49,985 bases of DNA from an uncultured bacterium (GTDB taxonomy: Bacteria; Patescibacteriota; Minisyncoccia; Phycocordibacterales; CAIJYI01), in NCBI GenBank assembly GCA_903824855.1, contig CAIJYI010000005.1, positions 1 through 49,985 of the forward strand. The letters run 5' to 3'. The notes beneath the pieces were generated by a model. It was given only the letters and a program-made list of their open reading frames with translations. It was not told where the DNA came from and did not search any database. Below, in pieces: positions 36,072 to 45,944 of the stretch. Position numbers and translations under genes: made by a program. How positions within the stretch are numbered: position 1 is the first letter of the stretch; each line of letters begins with the position of its first letter.

Positions 36072-38714
36072 ATGTCTAAAAAGTATGTATACAGTTTCCA
36101 TGAAGGTAATGGATCTGACAAGATGCTTCTCGGCGGAAAAGGCGCAAACCTCTGCGAAATGACCCAAATTGGGCTCAACATTCCTGCAGGTTTTGTTATC
36201 TCCACAGAAGCGTGTCTTAAATATCTAGCCGATGAAACGGCTCCCCTTCCAAAATCTCTCAAAAATGAAGTATTACTTCAAATGAAGGAATTGGAAAAAC
36301 AAACAGGAAAAAAATTTGGTTCTGCCAAAGACCCTCTTCTTGTTTCCGTCCGTTCAGGCGGTGCTATGTCTATGCCCGGAATGATGGATACAATTCTAAA
36401 CCTTGGGCTTAACGAAACGACTATTAAAGGTCTTATCGAAAAAACAGCAAACCCTCGCTTCGCTTGGGATGCCTATCGACGTTTTGTTCAACTTTTCGGA
36501 AAGGTCGCTCTTGGTGTTCGTGATGAATGTTTTGATGTCGTCTTTGACGAGATTAAACACCGTTCAAATGTGACAAAAGACGTTGACCTGACAGCTGAAG
36601 ATCTTGAGGAAGCAACTTACTCTTTCCTTCGTGTCGTAGCTGATGTTACAGGAAAACCTTTTCCAAGCGATCCTTATGATCAATTGGAAATTGCGATACT
36701 CGCCGTCTTCCGTTCTTGGAATGGTAAACGTGCCAGAGATTATCGAAAACAATTCCATATCACTCCCGCGATGGCCAACGGAACAGCAGTAAATATTGTT
36801 ACGATGGTTTTCGGAAATATGGGTAATGATTCAGCGACAGGCGTCGGTTTTACCAGAGACCCCGGTACCGGTGAAAATGTAATGTACGGCGAATACCTCA
36901 CTGACGCTCAAGGCGAAGATGTGGTTGCCGGCATTCGTACACCAAAACCTGTGAAGGAAATGGAAACTGAAATGCCTGAGATGTATCGACAACTCGTCGA
37001 ATTGCGCAACAAATTGGAAGCGCATTATCACGAGGTGCAAGACTATGAATACACTATTGAAAAAGGTGTACTTTACTGTCTTCAAACACGCAACGGAAAA
37101 ATGAATACCGTCGCGCAAGTACGTACATCCGTTGAAATGGCACAAGATAATTTGATCTCTCGGAAAAATGCGGTTCTCCGTGTAAAACCCGATGACCTCA
37201 CTCAACTCTTGAGTCCTCAAATTGATAAATCGCACGCAGGAAAACCGATTGCCACAGGGCTTTCAGCTTCTCCCGGTGCGGCATCAGGAGCTATCGTTTT
37301 CGATGCTAATGACGCTGAAACATGGAGAGATGCCGGTCACAAAGTTATTTTGGTTCGTGAAGAAACGAAACCGGAAGACATACACGGCTTCTTCGCATCA
37401 GTGGGTATTCTCACTAGTCGAGGAGGAAAAACATCACACGCCGCTGTTGTTGCGAGAGGTATGGGTAAACCATGCGTCGCAGGAGCTGAAGGTATTAAAG
37501 TTGATGTACGTGCAAAACTTGCAACGGTCGGCGAGCATAAACTTCATGAAGGCGATATCATCACTATTGATGGTGGAACCGGAAAAGTATATCTCGGCGA
37601 AATACCTGTTATACCACCCGAATTTTCCGAAGAATTAAAAACACTTCTTTCATGGGCAGATACATTTGCAACACTTAAAGTGCGCGCGAATGCCGACACC
37701 CCTGACGGAGCGAAAAAGGCACGGGAATACGGTGCAACCGGTATCGGACTTGTTCGTACGGAACGAATGTTCAATGACGTCGACAGACTTCCAATCATGG
37801 TAGACATGATTGTTGCCGATACTATTAAACAAAGAACGGCTGCGCTTGCGAAACTCGGTAAAATGCAACGGGAAGATTTTAAACAAATTTTCCTCACCAT
37901 GGCACCGCTTCCTGTGACAGTACGTTTACTTGATCCTCCGCTTCACGAATTTTTACCTGGAGAATTTGATCTCTTGGACAAAATCGCTGAAACAAAGGAA
38001 ACCGGCGAATCTGCTCATGCGGTAAAATTATTGGCCGCTGTAAGGTCATTAAAGGAAACAAATCCAATGCTTGGACACCGCGGTGTACGACTTGGATTGA
38101 CTGATCCTAATATTTATCAAATGCAAATTCATGCGATATTGGAAGCGACTGCAGATTGTGAAGAACAAGGCGTACACGTGGTTCCTGAAATCATGATACC
38201 CCAAGTTATCACCGTCCAAGAAATCGATCCGATATTAAAATGGGCTAAAGAAATTGCTGCCGATATTGCGAAGAAACGAAATATCGTCGTAAAATTCTCA
38301 TTCGGTACCATGATGGAAACAGTTCGCGCGTGTCTACGAGCCGACAAGCTTGCAGAAACCGCAGAGTTTTTCTCATTCGGAACAAACGACTTATCACAAG
38401 CGACATTCTCTTTCTCAAGAGAAGACGCGGAAAACAAGTTCTTGCCATTTTATAATGAACAAGAAATTCTTATTGATAATCCGTTCGAAATATTGGATGT
38501 ATACGGCGTCGGAAAACTTATGCGAATGGCCGTCGAAGATGGTCGCAAAGTTCGTCCAAATCTTAAAGTCGGTATATGTGGAGAACATGGTGGTGAACCA
38601 CGTTCAATAACATTCTGCCATTCTATAGGATTGTCATATGTCTCCTGCTCACCATTGCGAATTCCAATCGCACGGTTAGCCGCAGCTCATGCTTCCCTAA
38701 ATGAAAAGAAATAG
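36072..38714 (+). CDS. ppdK: Pyruvate, phosphate dikinase
   Basis: LLGGKGANL, PLLVSVRSG..SMPGMMDT, GEDVVAGIRTP, GGKTSHAAVVARG (phospho-His), SFGTNDL and GICGEHGG. SD AAGGAGG; terminator at 38734-38768. Confidence 0.97.
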   Translation: MSKKYVYSFHEGNGSDKMLLGGKGANLCEMTQIGLNIPAGFVISTEACLKYLADETAPLPKSLKNEVLLQMKELEKQTGKKFGSAKDPLLVSVRSGGAMSMPGMMDTILNLGLNETTIKGLIEKTANPRFAWDAYRRFVQLFGKVALGVRDECFDVVFDEIKHRSNVTKDVDLTAEDLEEATYSFLRVVADVTGKPFPSDPYDQLEIAILAVFRSWNGKRARDYRKQFHITPAMANGTAVNIVTMVFGNMGNDSATGVGFTRDPGTGENVMYGEYLTDAQGEDVVAGIRTPKPVKEMETEMPEMYRQLVELRNKLEAHYHEVQDYEYTIEKGVLYCLQTRNGKMNTVAQVRTSVEMAQDNLISRKNAVLRVKPDDLTQLLSPQIDKSHAGKPIATGLSASPGAASGAIVFDANDAETWRDAGHKVILVREETKPEDIHGFFASVGILTSRGGKTSHAAVVARGMGKPCVAGAEGIKVDVRAKLATVGEHKLHEGDIITIDGGTGKVYLGEIPVIPPEFSEELKTLLSWADTFATLKVRANADTPDGAKKAREYGATGIGLVRTERMFNDVDRLPIMVDMIVADTIKQRTAALAKLGKMQREDFKQIFLTMAPLPVTVRLLDPPLHEFLPGEFDLLDKIAETKETGESAHAVKLLAAVRSLKETNPMLGHRGVRLGLTDPNIYQMQIHAILEATADCEEQGVHVVPEIMIPQVITVQEIDPILKWAKEIAADIAKKRNIVVKFSFGTMMETVRACLRADKLAETAEFFSFGTNDLSQATFSFSREDAENKFLPFYNEQEILIDNPFEILDVYGVGKLMRMAVEDGRKVRPNLKVGICGEHGGEPRSITFCHSIGLSYVSCSPLRIPIARLAAAHASLNEKK

Positions 38715-38779
38715 GAAGATTCCTTAAATACAAACCCCCCGAAACGTAATGTTTCGGGGGGATTTTTTATCTTCATATT

Positions 38780-39670
38780 TTATTTATCGAATTCTTTCCT
38801 CAAAACTTCTATTTCCGGCTCTATTTCCTTGAAGAGTTTCGCGAGTGGTGTGCCTTTATTTTCCTTTATGTATTTTCTTTCATTTTTAAGAATTGTCTCA
38901 ACTGCCTGGAATGAAGCTTTGTCATGAAGATGGAGACAGCTTTCAATTGCGAGGATGGCAAGTCTATTTTCTTCTATATGTTCACCGACATTCGGGTAAA
39001 ATTTATTTACTTTCGTGTCGAGCATTCCATACATTTTTGCGACGAGATCATAATAATTTCGGAGAGCGATGAGAGATTCATCTACGGTTGGTTCTCTTTT
39101 CTCCTGCGTTTCTTCAGAAACTTTGGCTTCTTCTTCCTCTTCCTCAATGTCTTTTTTCTTCGGGAAAAGTAAACGGAAAAGTTTCTTGCTCTTTCCATCA
39201 ATTTCAATTTCGGTGTCTTCCTCTTTTAATATGTCTTTTACGGCATCAAGAGTTGCCTCATCTTGTGAGCGCATCAGTGTTTGGAGTGCAACCAATTCCA
39301 TTTCTTCCAGTGCATCATCCTCAGAGAGACTTGGGAAATATTTTGGTGCATAAACGGCGAGGAATGTGCGAAGCTTTGTTACTACATCATGATAATTTTC
39401 AACAAGTTTCATTGCATCATCTTTACTGACATGTTTCTTTTCTTTCTTCTCAGGATATAATGTTTCAAAAAGATTGTCGTCAATTTCTTTCGGTTCTTTA
39501 TCCTTCGCAATATCTTTCAGTGTTTTTTTGCTTACTCCGTATACCAATTCGCGCCATGTTAAACCTGATTCGGGATCAATCTTATCAAATTCGGTCTCCA
39601 ACAATTTATCGGTGACAAATTCCGTCTCCTGGTTGTCTTCGGGACCATTGTACATTTTTTCGTTTTCCAT
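38780..39670 (-). CDS. Acidic helical hypothetical protein with an internal duplication
   Basis: 296-aa ORF with two related segments (NYHDVVTK..KYFP..DEATLDAVKDILKEE and NYYDLVAK..KFYP..DKASFQAVETILKNE). Confidence 0.75.
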   Translation of the reverse strand: MENEKMYNGPEDNQETEFVTDKLLETEFDKIDPESGLTWRELVYGVSKKTLKDIAKDKEPKEIDDNLFETLYPEKKEKKHVSKDDAMKLVENYHDVVTKLRTFLAVYAPKYFPSLSEDDALEEMELVALQTLMRSQDEATLDAVKDILKEEDTEIEIDGKSKKLFRLLFPKKKDIEEEEEEAKVSEETQEKREPTVDESLIALRNYYDLVAKMYGMLDTKVNKFYPNVGEHIEENRLAILAIESCLHLHDKASFQAVETILKNERKYIKENKGTPLAKLFKEIEPEIEVLRKEFDK

Positions 39671-39858
39671 ACATTAATAATTTAGTTAATATATTGCAAT
39701 TAATTCTATACTATTTATTATACTCTCAAAAATAAAAATGAAAAGAATATGTACAAGAATACATAATTATCAATTTGTCCGACGGTCAATATATCCCGTA
39801 GTATGAGGGTATGATATAATATCAATTGAGTTATTATTGTCATACTCATCAAATTTAT

Positions 39859-40494
39859 ATGGAAAAAATAACCGATAAAACAACGGAAAAGGATGTCAAA
39901 CCATCATTCGACACACAGAAAATAGCCGATCAATTCGCCAATCTTATTTCTGAAAACAGTACTGAAAAACAACAAACCGAGGCTTACCAAAATTTGGAAA
40001 GCATTTTAAGGATGTCCGGATTTTCCAACGCGTCACAGGAAGAAGTGTATAGATGTCTTCAAGATTCGGCGCTTCTATGCAGGAGTGAAAAATTCAGTCG
40101 GGTTATTGATTTGATTGCCAATAATGTCCCCATTGAAGTGAAAAACAAAGACGCTCGTCCGAACATGTGTTATTCCATGTCGGGAAAAGGTTTTCGAGTT
40201 GCCATGAACGAAGGATTTTCAGGAAAAGATGTCGCAGGGCTGATAAAATCAGTTATAATGTTCAAACAAGAAGCAATCACAGAAAAAGAAAATATACCAA
40301 AGGATTCCCCACTCTGGGAAACAAAAAGAGAAACCGCCGAAGTCTCCTTTGCGGGGTCAGGAGAAATCAAAAAAGATGACGTGAGAATGATTTCATTTCG
40401 CATGCCAAAAAAGTTTTTCCCAAATGAATTACTCACGGAAGAGGAAGATGAAAATAAGGAATTACCATTCATCGTAAGACATTACCTTCAGTAA
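39859..40494 (+). CDS. Hypothetical protein
   Basis: ORF from the ATG at 39859 (MEKIT), with upstream TGATATAAT and a downstream hairpin at 40497-40524. Confidence 0.7.
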   Translation: MEKITDKTTEKDVKPSFDTQKIADQFANLISENSTEKQQTEAYQNLESILRMSGFSNASQEEVYRCLQDSALLCRSEKFSRVIDLIANNVPIEVKNKDARPNMCYSMSGKGFRVAMNEGFSGKDVAGLIKSVIMFKQEAITEKENIPKDSPLWETKRETAEVSFAGSGEIKKDDVRMISFRMPKKFFPNELLTEEEDENKELPFIVRHYLQ

Positions 40495-40588
40495 ACAAAA
40501 AAAAGCGGAATATCCGCTTTTTTTATAGTTGAATATTTTTTTGTCAGTAAGTTTATAATTTCTTATCCACCCACAAAAATTCTTACCC

Positions 40589-40609
40589 TAAAAGCTAATA
40601 GCTAAAAGC
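40589..40609. repeat. Heptamer tandem repeat abutting the ychF stop codon
   Basis: TAAAAGC TAATAGC TAAAAGC. Confidence 0.6.
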
Positions 40610-41716
40610 TTATATGCGGAATTCAATGACGTCACCATCTTGGACGATATATTCTTTTCCTTCCGTACGCACTAATCCTTTTTCTCTGGCTATTGAATAG
40701 GCGCCGGCGGTTATGAGTTTTTCCCAATTAATGACTTCGGCGCGAATGAATTTGTCGCGGAAGTCGGTATGAATGGCCATTCCTGCGATTGGCGCAGTGG
40801 AGTTTTTCTTGATGGTCCACGCTCTGGTTTCGTCTTCTCCTGTGGTGAAATAGGTCATTAAGCCGAGAATGTCGTAACTTTTTCGAATCAAATCATTTAC
40901 TCCGTCATCTTTCGATGCGCCGAGTTCTGCACGGAACATTTCCCTTTCCTCTCCGACAAAGTCTTTTAATTCTGATTCAATTTTTGCATCAACAATAACA
41001 TGTCCGGAACCGCTTTCTTTTAGGAATTCCATAAGCGAAACATATCGCTCGTCATGTAATTCGTCGAGATTTTTCATCCCTGCGCCTGACCTTTTATTTA
41101 ACACATACAAAATCGGCTTCATCGAAAGCAGGTGCATGGTTTTGATGATGATTGTTTCGTGTTCATCTAAAGAAACGGTACCCGCGAGCTTTCCTTCTTC
41201 GAGAACGGCGAGAACTTTTGAGAGAACATACTTTTCCCGAACCGCATCTTTTTCTCCACGCTTGACGTCACGCTCGATATTCTGCAAACGTTTCGTTACG
41301 GTCTGCATATCCGCCAAAATGAGTTCGAGATTGATGACCCCGATATCGTCCATCGGATTTATTTTATTTGCGACGTGAATGACGTTTTCATCTTCAAAAA
41401 TTCTGACGACTTGTGCGATGGCGTCGGTCTCACGAATGTTTGCAAGGAATTTATTTCCCAAACCCTGCCCCTCCGAAGCTCCTGCAACCAATCCGGCAAT
41501 ATCTACGAATTCAATCGCTGCGGGAATTCTTTTCTTCGAGTGTGAAAAAGAGTTAAGCCTATCAACGCGTTCATCAGGAACAGCCACGATTCCGACCGAA
41601 GGGTCAATCGTGCAAAACGGATAATTCTCCGCCGCCACCGACTTCTCAGTCAGTGCATTAAATAAAGTTGATTTCCCCACATTCGGGAGTCCTACGATTC
41701 CGATAGATAAAGGCAT
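40610..41716 (-). CDS. ychF: Redox-regulated ATPase YchF
   Basis: GIVGLPNVGKSTLFNALT, NYPFCTIDP, DIAGLV..ASEGQGLGNKFL, and a TGS domain ending EGKEYIVQDGD. Confidence 0.97.
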   Translation of the reverse strand: MPLSIGIVGLPNVGKSTLFNALTEKSVAAENYPFCTIDPSVGIVAVPDERVDRLNSFSHSKKRIPAAIEFVDIAGLVAGASEGQGLGNKFLANIRETDAIAQVVRIFEDENVIHVANKINPMDDIGVINLELILADMQTVTKRLQNIERDVKRGEKDAVREKYVLSKVLAVLEEGKLAGTVSLDEHETIIIKTMHLLSMKPILYVLNKRSGAGMKNLDELHDERYVSLMEFLKESGSGHVIVDAKIESELKDFVGEEREMFRAELGASKDDGVNDLIRKSYDILGLMTYFTTGEDETRAWTIKKNSTAPIAGMAIHTDFRDKFIRAEVINWEKLITAGAYSIAREKGLVRTEGKEYIVQDGDVIEFRI

Positions 41717-41862
41717 ATATTTTAGTTTGATTTTAGTATTTCTTCACTATACCCGAAAATCGTTAAAATATCCACAAAAAAAATTGCCGATATATTTTGA
41801 CGGTTATGTGCAAAATTGCAAAATAGATTTTAAAAAAAAATCGTTCCTGACTCCATTATCCA

Positions 41863-42495
41863 TTACTTGCGGATGAGTTTCTTGAAGAATGTGGAAAGTT
41901 TTGGTTCTATTTTTATTGGTTGGATTTTGCCTTGTGCGTTAACCTCATATCCCGGAGGAATGAGTTCCCCATCTCTGGTGAAAGCTGATAGTTCGTCTAA
42001 TGAACGAATGCGAGCGAGTTCCGCAACGGCATCTTTTCCGGCAGCTGTGGCGAATGCATCTTCTATTGTGGAAACTTTTTTTGAAGTAATAATGAAGTCA
42101 TTCTGATAAGATTCTGCTTTTGCTTTTTGACCCGTTTCCACTGAAAGATAGTAGAATTTACTTTTTTCCCTGAGCGACTCCATGTAGGAAAGCCAATCGG
42201 TTCTTAATTTCTGAATCAATTTATCATCATAACGATCCACTGCGGCAAATTTAGCATACCAGACACTCATGAGGTTTTTATAAATATAAATCTCTTTTCC
42301 TGAAATTGCATCGGGTAAGAAAACATCCGTCATCTTTTTTTCGAACTTCGTTTGTGCTTCAAGAACAGCTTCTTCTGTGACTTCTTTTTTTACAGGCAAA
42401 AATTCAACAGAAAGAGGTGTGTTGTCTATTTGCCTCATGTAGTGTTCCTTTGAAACAAACCACACGGCCACGATAATGAAAATCCATCCTATCAT
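41863..42495 (-). CDS. Hypothetical protein with an N-terminal membrane anchor
   Basis: Begins MIGWIFIIVAVWFV; 210 aa and predicted helical. Confidence 0.75.
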   Translation of the reverse strand: MIGWIFIIVAVWFVSKEHYMRQIDNTPLSVEFLPVKKEVTEEAVLEAQTKFEKKMTDVFLPDAISGKEIYIYKNLMSVWYAKFAAVDRYDDKLIQKLRTDWLSYMESLREKSKFYYLSVETGQKAKAESYQNDFIITSKKVSTIEDAFATAAGKDAVAELARIRSLDELSAFTRDGELIPPGYEVNAQGKIQPIKIEPKLSTFFKKLIRK

Positions 42496-42531
42496 TGGGT
42501 TATTATAACAAAACTGAGAGATAATTGAAAA

Positions 42532-43692
42532 TCACGGTTTTTCTTCAACCTTTTCGATATCACTGATTTCCTTTTCAATTTTTTGTTCCAAATTGTCTAT
42601 ATCATTACTGACGACGGAAAGTTTTTCGATATCGGTGGCGGTCGTATTTCCCTGCAATTTTGTTCGAATATCTTCTTTTAATATATCCATTGATTCGTGT
42701 AGGGTTTCTTCCGCTTCTTTGGCTTCGCGTCTTACGGCAATTCTTCTCTTCCAATCATCCCTTAGATGTTGAATAATTCTCCATATCAAGTAAAGAATTA
42801 CAAGAATAAGGAGGAAGAAGGCAAATTTAACTTCCCATCCAAGATCCGAAAAGATACTTCCGACACTAATAGATATTGAATTTGAGTCTTTACTATTCAA
42901 TCCGTTTTCCTTAATAACACGGGCTGTTACGGCATAATCACCTCGTTTAAGTGATTGAGGTACCACTAAAGTAAAACTTCCATCTTCATCAGCATTTCCC
43001 ATTATGAAAATTTTTGCCCCGGTTGTTGAAAGAAAGGTAACGAGAACCTGAATCTTCGGATAATCTGAAGTTCCGGTAATTGCTTCTGCTCCATATTTGG
43101 AACCAAGCGCTATTTCAGGAGGATTAAGTGTCGGTGCCGGTTGTGGAACCTCCGGTACTACCGGTAATGCCGGCGTTATCTGCAATGCAGGAGTAGTTGT
43201 CACCTTTGGTTTAGCGGCGATTATGGTATAGGAAGCGCCCCTTGTTGAATCCATCAAATCTGTTCCTTGCCCGTCATTTGCTAAAATTTGCCCGGACTGG
43301 AAAGTAACGCTTCCTGTACCCGTTTTAATTCCATGCAAAGTTGCAGAAACGACAGTTCCTGATAACTCTTTGATTCCCCCCGGAGTTACTCCTTCAAGAG
43401 AAAGTGTCCCGGCGCTTCTCGAAAGTGTCGGCTCTTTTACCCAGAAAGTGAGAAGAGACCCGGCTTTCGAAATTGAATCTATGGAAAAAATGGAAGGCGG
43501 AAACAATAAGGATAAAGAAACAGCATTAAAAGGAGCATCACTCGTTGAGATGGCGCGGACAGTGAAGGGTTGTCCGACTTCGTACGTTCCCGAGGATGGA
43601 CTAATACTGAGAGACGCCGCATAGGAATATACCGGTATGCAAACAAGCGCCAGAAGAAAAAAGAGTATTATTTTATGTAATTTTGTTTGCAT
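42532..43692 (-). CDS. Cohesin-like domain + Ig-like domain + TM + cytoplasmic coiled coil
   Basis: Signal peptide; SLSISPSSGTYEVGQPFTV..NAVSLSLLFP..FWVKEP..GTGSVTF..LANDGQGT; Pro-rich linker; ITGTS..ADEDGSFT; TM FAFFLLILVILYLIW. Confidence 0.8.
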   Translation of the reverse strand: MQTKLHKIILFFLLALVCIPVYSYAASLSISPSSGTYEVGQPFTVRAISTSDAPFNAVSLSLLFPPSIFSIDSISKAGSLLTFWVKEPTLSRSAGTLSLEGVTPGGIKELSGTVVSATLHGIKTGTGSVTFQSGQILANDGQGTDLMDSTRGASYTIIAAKPKVTTTPALQITPALPVVPEVPQPAPTLNPPEIALGSKYGAEAITGTSDYPKIQVLVTFLSTTGAKIFIMGNADEDGSFTLVVPQSLKRGDYAVTARVIKENGLNSKDSNSISISVGSIFSDLGWEVKFAFFLLILVILYLIWRIIQHLRDDWKRRIAVRREAKEAEETLHESMDILKEDIRTKLQGNTTATDIEKLSVVSNDIDNLEQKIEKEISDIEKVEEKP

Positions 43693-44560
43693 GTTTTTTT
43701 CTGTAAATGAAAAAGATTGTAGATATTAATAAAAGTAAAATAATGGTAAGGGCAAATATTTGCATTTTGGATATGTTACCCATCTCTACTTCCGCAATCT
43801 TTTCATTTCCCTTTTTATCAAAAGCTTTGACGATTATTTTCGTATCCAAAGATTGATTTTTCAAAAGATACGGACTGACGGCGGGAATAAAGGAGGCACC
43901 GTTATCTTCGCTCACCTCGTAATGATCAATCCCTGAACCTTTATCTTGAGTGGCAAAAACAAGAAAGTATTTTCCGTCAAAAATGTTCACATCTTTCGAA
44001 ACAATTGGAACAAAATTTTCCGGTGATTCCGTATCTTTTACGGCTTCAATATTTAGAGATGACGTCGCAAAATCGGTGGTAACAGTAAACGAATATGGTG
44101 ATGAGGAAACTTTTGCAACGGTACCGATACCGTCATTTTTTAATAATCGCAAACTATCTGTTTGAATAAAATCAGCTCCACTTTTCTTAGTTTGAAAAAC
44201 TGCGGAAAACAACAATCCGTTCGTACCCGAATATCCTCCCGGAGTGATTCCGGAAAAAATTATGGCCCCCTGTTTTTCTCCAATCGATAATTGTTTAAAA
44301 CCCGGTCTTTCAATCCAAAAATTTATCAGCGAATTTCCGTCTCGTATTTCTTTTCCCTGCAAGATATCAGCCGAATAGAGAATTCTTCCTTCGTAAGCAT
44401 TAATTGCTTCCCTTTCCGTATTAAGGAAAACAGAAACGAGAAATTCTTCATTTTGTGCGAATGTTTGTTTATCTGTAACAACGGAAATCTGCGCACCAAA
44501 TGTTGATTGGGCGACAAATATTAGGAATAATACTATGATGGTTTTTTTAAACATGTTCAT
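43673..44560 (-). CDS. Cohesin-like domain protein with a C-terminal membrane anchor
   Basis: Signal peptide; EEFLVSVFLNTE..INAYEGRILY..FWIERP..FSGITPGG..LKNDGIGT; QDKGSGIDHYEV; C-terminal TM plus RKK. Confidence 0.8.
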   Translation of the reverse strand: MNMFKKTIIVLFLIFVAQSTFGAQISVVTDKQTFAQNEEFLVSVFLNTEREAINAYEGRILYSADILQGKEIRDGNSLINFWIERPGFKQLSIGEKQGAIIFSGITPGGYSGTNGLLFSAVFQTKKSGADFIQTDSLRLLKNDGIGTVAKVSSSPYSFTVTTDFATSSLNIEAVKDTESPENFVPIVSKDVNIFDGKYFLVFATQDKGSGIDHYEVSEDNGASFIPAVSPYLLKNQSLDTKIIVKAFDKKGNEKIAEVEMGNISKMQIFALTIILLLLISTIFFIYRKKHANKIT

Positions 44561-44594
44561 GATTTTATGGAAATTCTTTATTATCAAATCGTAA

Positions 44595-45932
44595 TTATCC
44601 GGTCCAGTAGTAGGCCATAATACTAAAGTCAGTGAGGTCGATTTTTCCGTCTCCATTCAACTTAATAAACTCTGTCTGTTTAAAGGTAGCGCTCAAAGGT
44701 TTCTTATACCAATAAGCGGCGATGGAGAAGTCTACAAGATTAACACGGCAATCAGAGTTGAGATCTCCTTTTACGGGACATTTTCCCGGGGTTATGGAAA
44801 TATTTTTCGTACCTACTTTGAAACCTACGGTATTACTAAATTGACTAATTTCCCCTCCGATTGCAGCCTTTGATTTTGCCGAGTGTCCGCCAAGTTCCAG
44901 TACGGAACTATCAAAATTTAATAAATAAACTCCATTCTTATCGGATTGTTTTTGAACAAAAATATTTGAATCAGAATTTACGTTTATTGTAATTTGCGCA
45001 TTCGGTGTACTTTGCCCAAATATCGCGATGTTCTCACCTTTTATAACTTCGCTTTTATCAACCGCAATAGTCGGCGCAATAAATATTCCTCCGATTTTTG
45101 TGGTTACACCGGCGGTAATATAAACGGGAAAAGTAAATACGCTTGAACGAATTCCATTTTTATCTTCTCCATAAACTGAAAAATTATAATTTCCAGCAGA
45201 AAGTGAATTTAAGCTAGCAAAGAAATTACTGTCGGGACCGGCAATAGTCGTGAGTACTATTTGTCCGTCTTTCAAAAAACTGACTTTACTCAAAGGATAT
45301 GCTCTTCCGGAAAATTCAACATTTGTTTGAACAGCTGGCGGAGTACCTCCACCTCCCCCACCACCTCCTCCACCGGGAACTATTGGCGGAATAATTGGCG
45401 CGACGGGAGTAGCCGAAACTTCAGTTGATGAGGCGATAGAATTTCCAAAGGCATCTTTTACTACAACGACAAAATAATACGGGGTTCCATTTGATAGCCC
45501 ACCTTGAATATATGTTGTGACATTTCCCAGCGTGTAATAAGTATATGGACCTCCTGATACCGTAGATTGCGCAACGGTATAAGCTGTTGGTGTCCAACCT
45601 AAATATCCGAGTGCTGCGTTCCAAAATAATGATATTTGCGCATTACCCGGTGTTGTTGAAACGACGGGAGAAGAAGCAAAAGGAAAATATAGAAAACCGG
45701 CATTATTGCCAAAGGAAGCAGAACTGCTGACACCGTTTGAGACTTGAGAGATGACTCCGTAGAGATTAAAATTTGCCGATGAACCATAACCTCCGGCATT
45801 CATAACAGGATCAAGCACTTTATAATTCGTTGAACTGAATTGATCTGAATACGCGAGTCCCGCACCAAAAAACGACATAACAAAGAAAATGAGAGTGAAA
45901 AATAATCTTTGTTGTGTTTTTTTAGAAATCAT
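44595..45932 (-). CDS. Secreted Fn3/Ig-like protein with a C-terminal dockerin-like module
   Basis: Signal peptide; Fn3 (PGNAQISLFW..GLSNGTPYYFVVV); poly-Gly linker; two Ig-like repeats; GDLNSDCRVNLVDFSI and LNGDGKIDLTDFSI. Confidence 0.85.
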   Translation of the reverse strand: MISKKTQQRLFFTLIFFVMSFFGAGLAYSDQFSSTNYKVLDPVMNAGGYGSSANFNLYGVISQVSNGVSSSASFGNNAGFLYFPFASSPVVSTTPGNAQISLFWNAALGYLGWTPTAYTVAQSTVSGGPYTYYTLGNVTTYIQGGLSNGTPYYFVVVVKDAFGNSIASSTEVSATPVAPIIPPIVPGGGGGGGGGGTPPAVQTNVEFSGRAYPLSKVSFLKDGQIVLTTIAGPDSNFFASLNSLSAGNYNFSVYGEDKNGIRSSVFTFPVYITAGVTTKIGGIFIAPTIAVDKSEVIKGENIAIFGQSTPNAQITINVNSDSNIFVQKQSDKNGVYLLNFDSSVLELGGHSAKSKAAIGGEISQFSNTVGFKVGTKNISITPGKCPVKGDLNSDCRVNLVDFSIAAYWYKKPLSATFKQTEFIKLNGDGKIDLTDFSIMAYYWTG

Positions 45933-45944
45933 TTAATGAAAATT

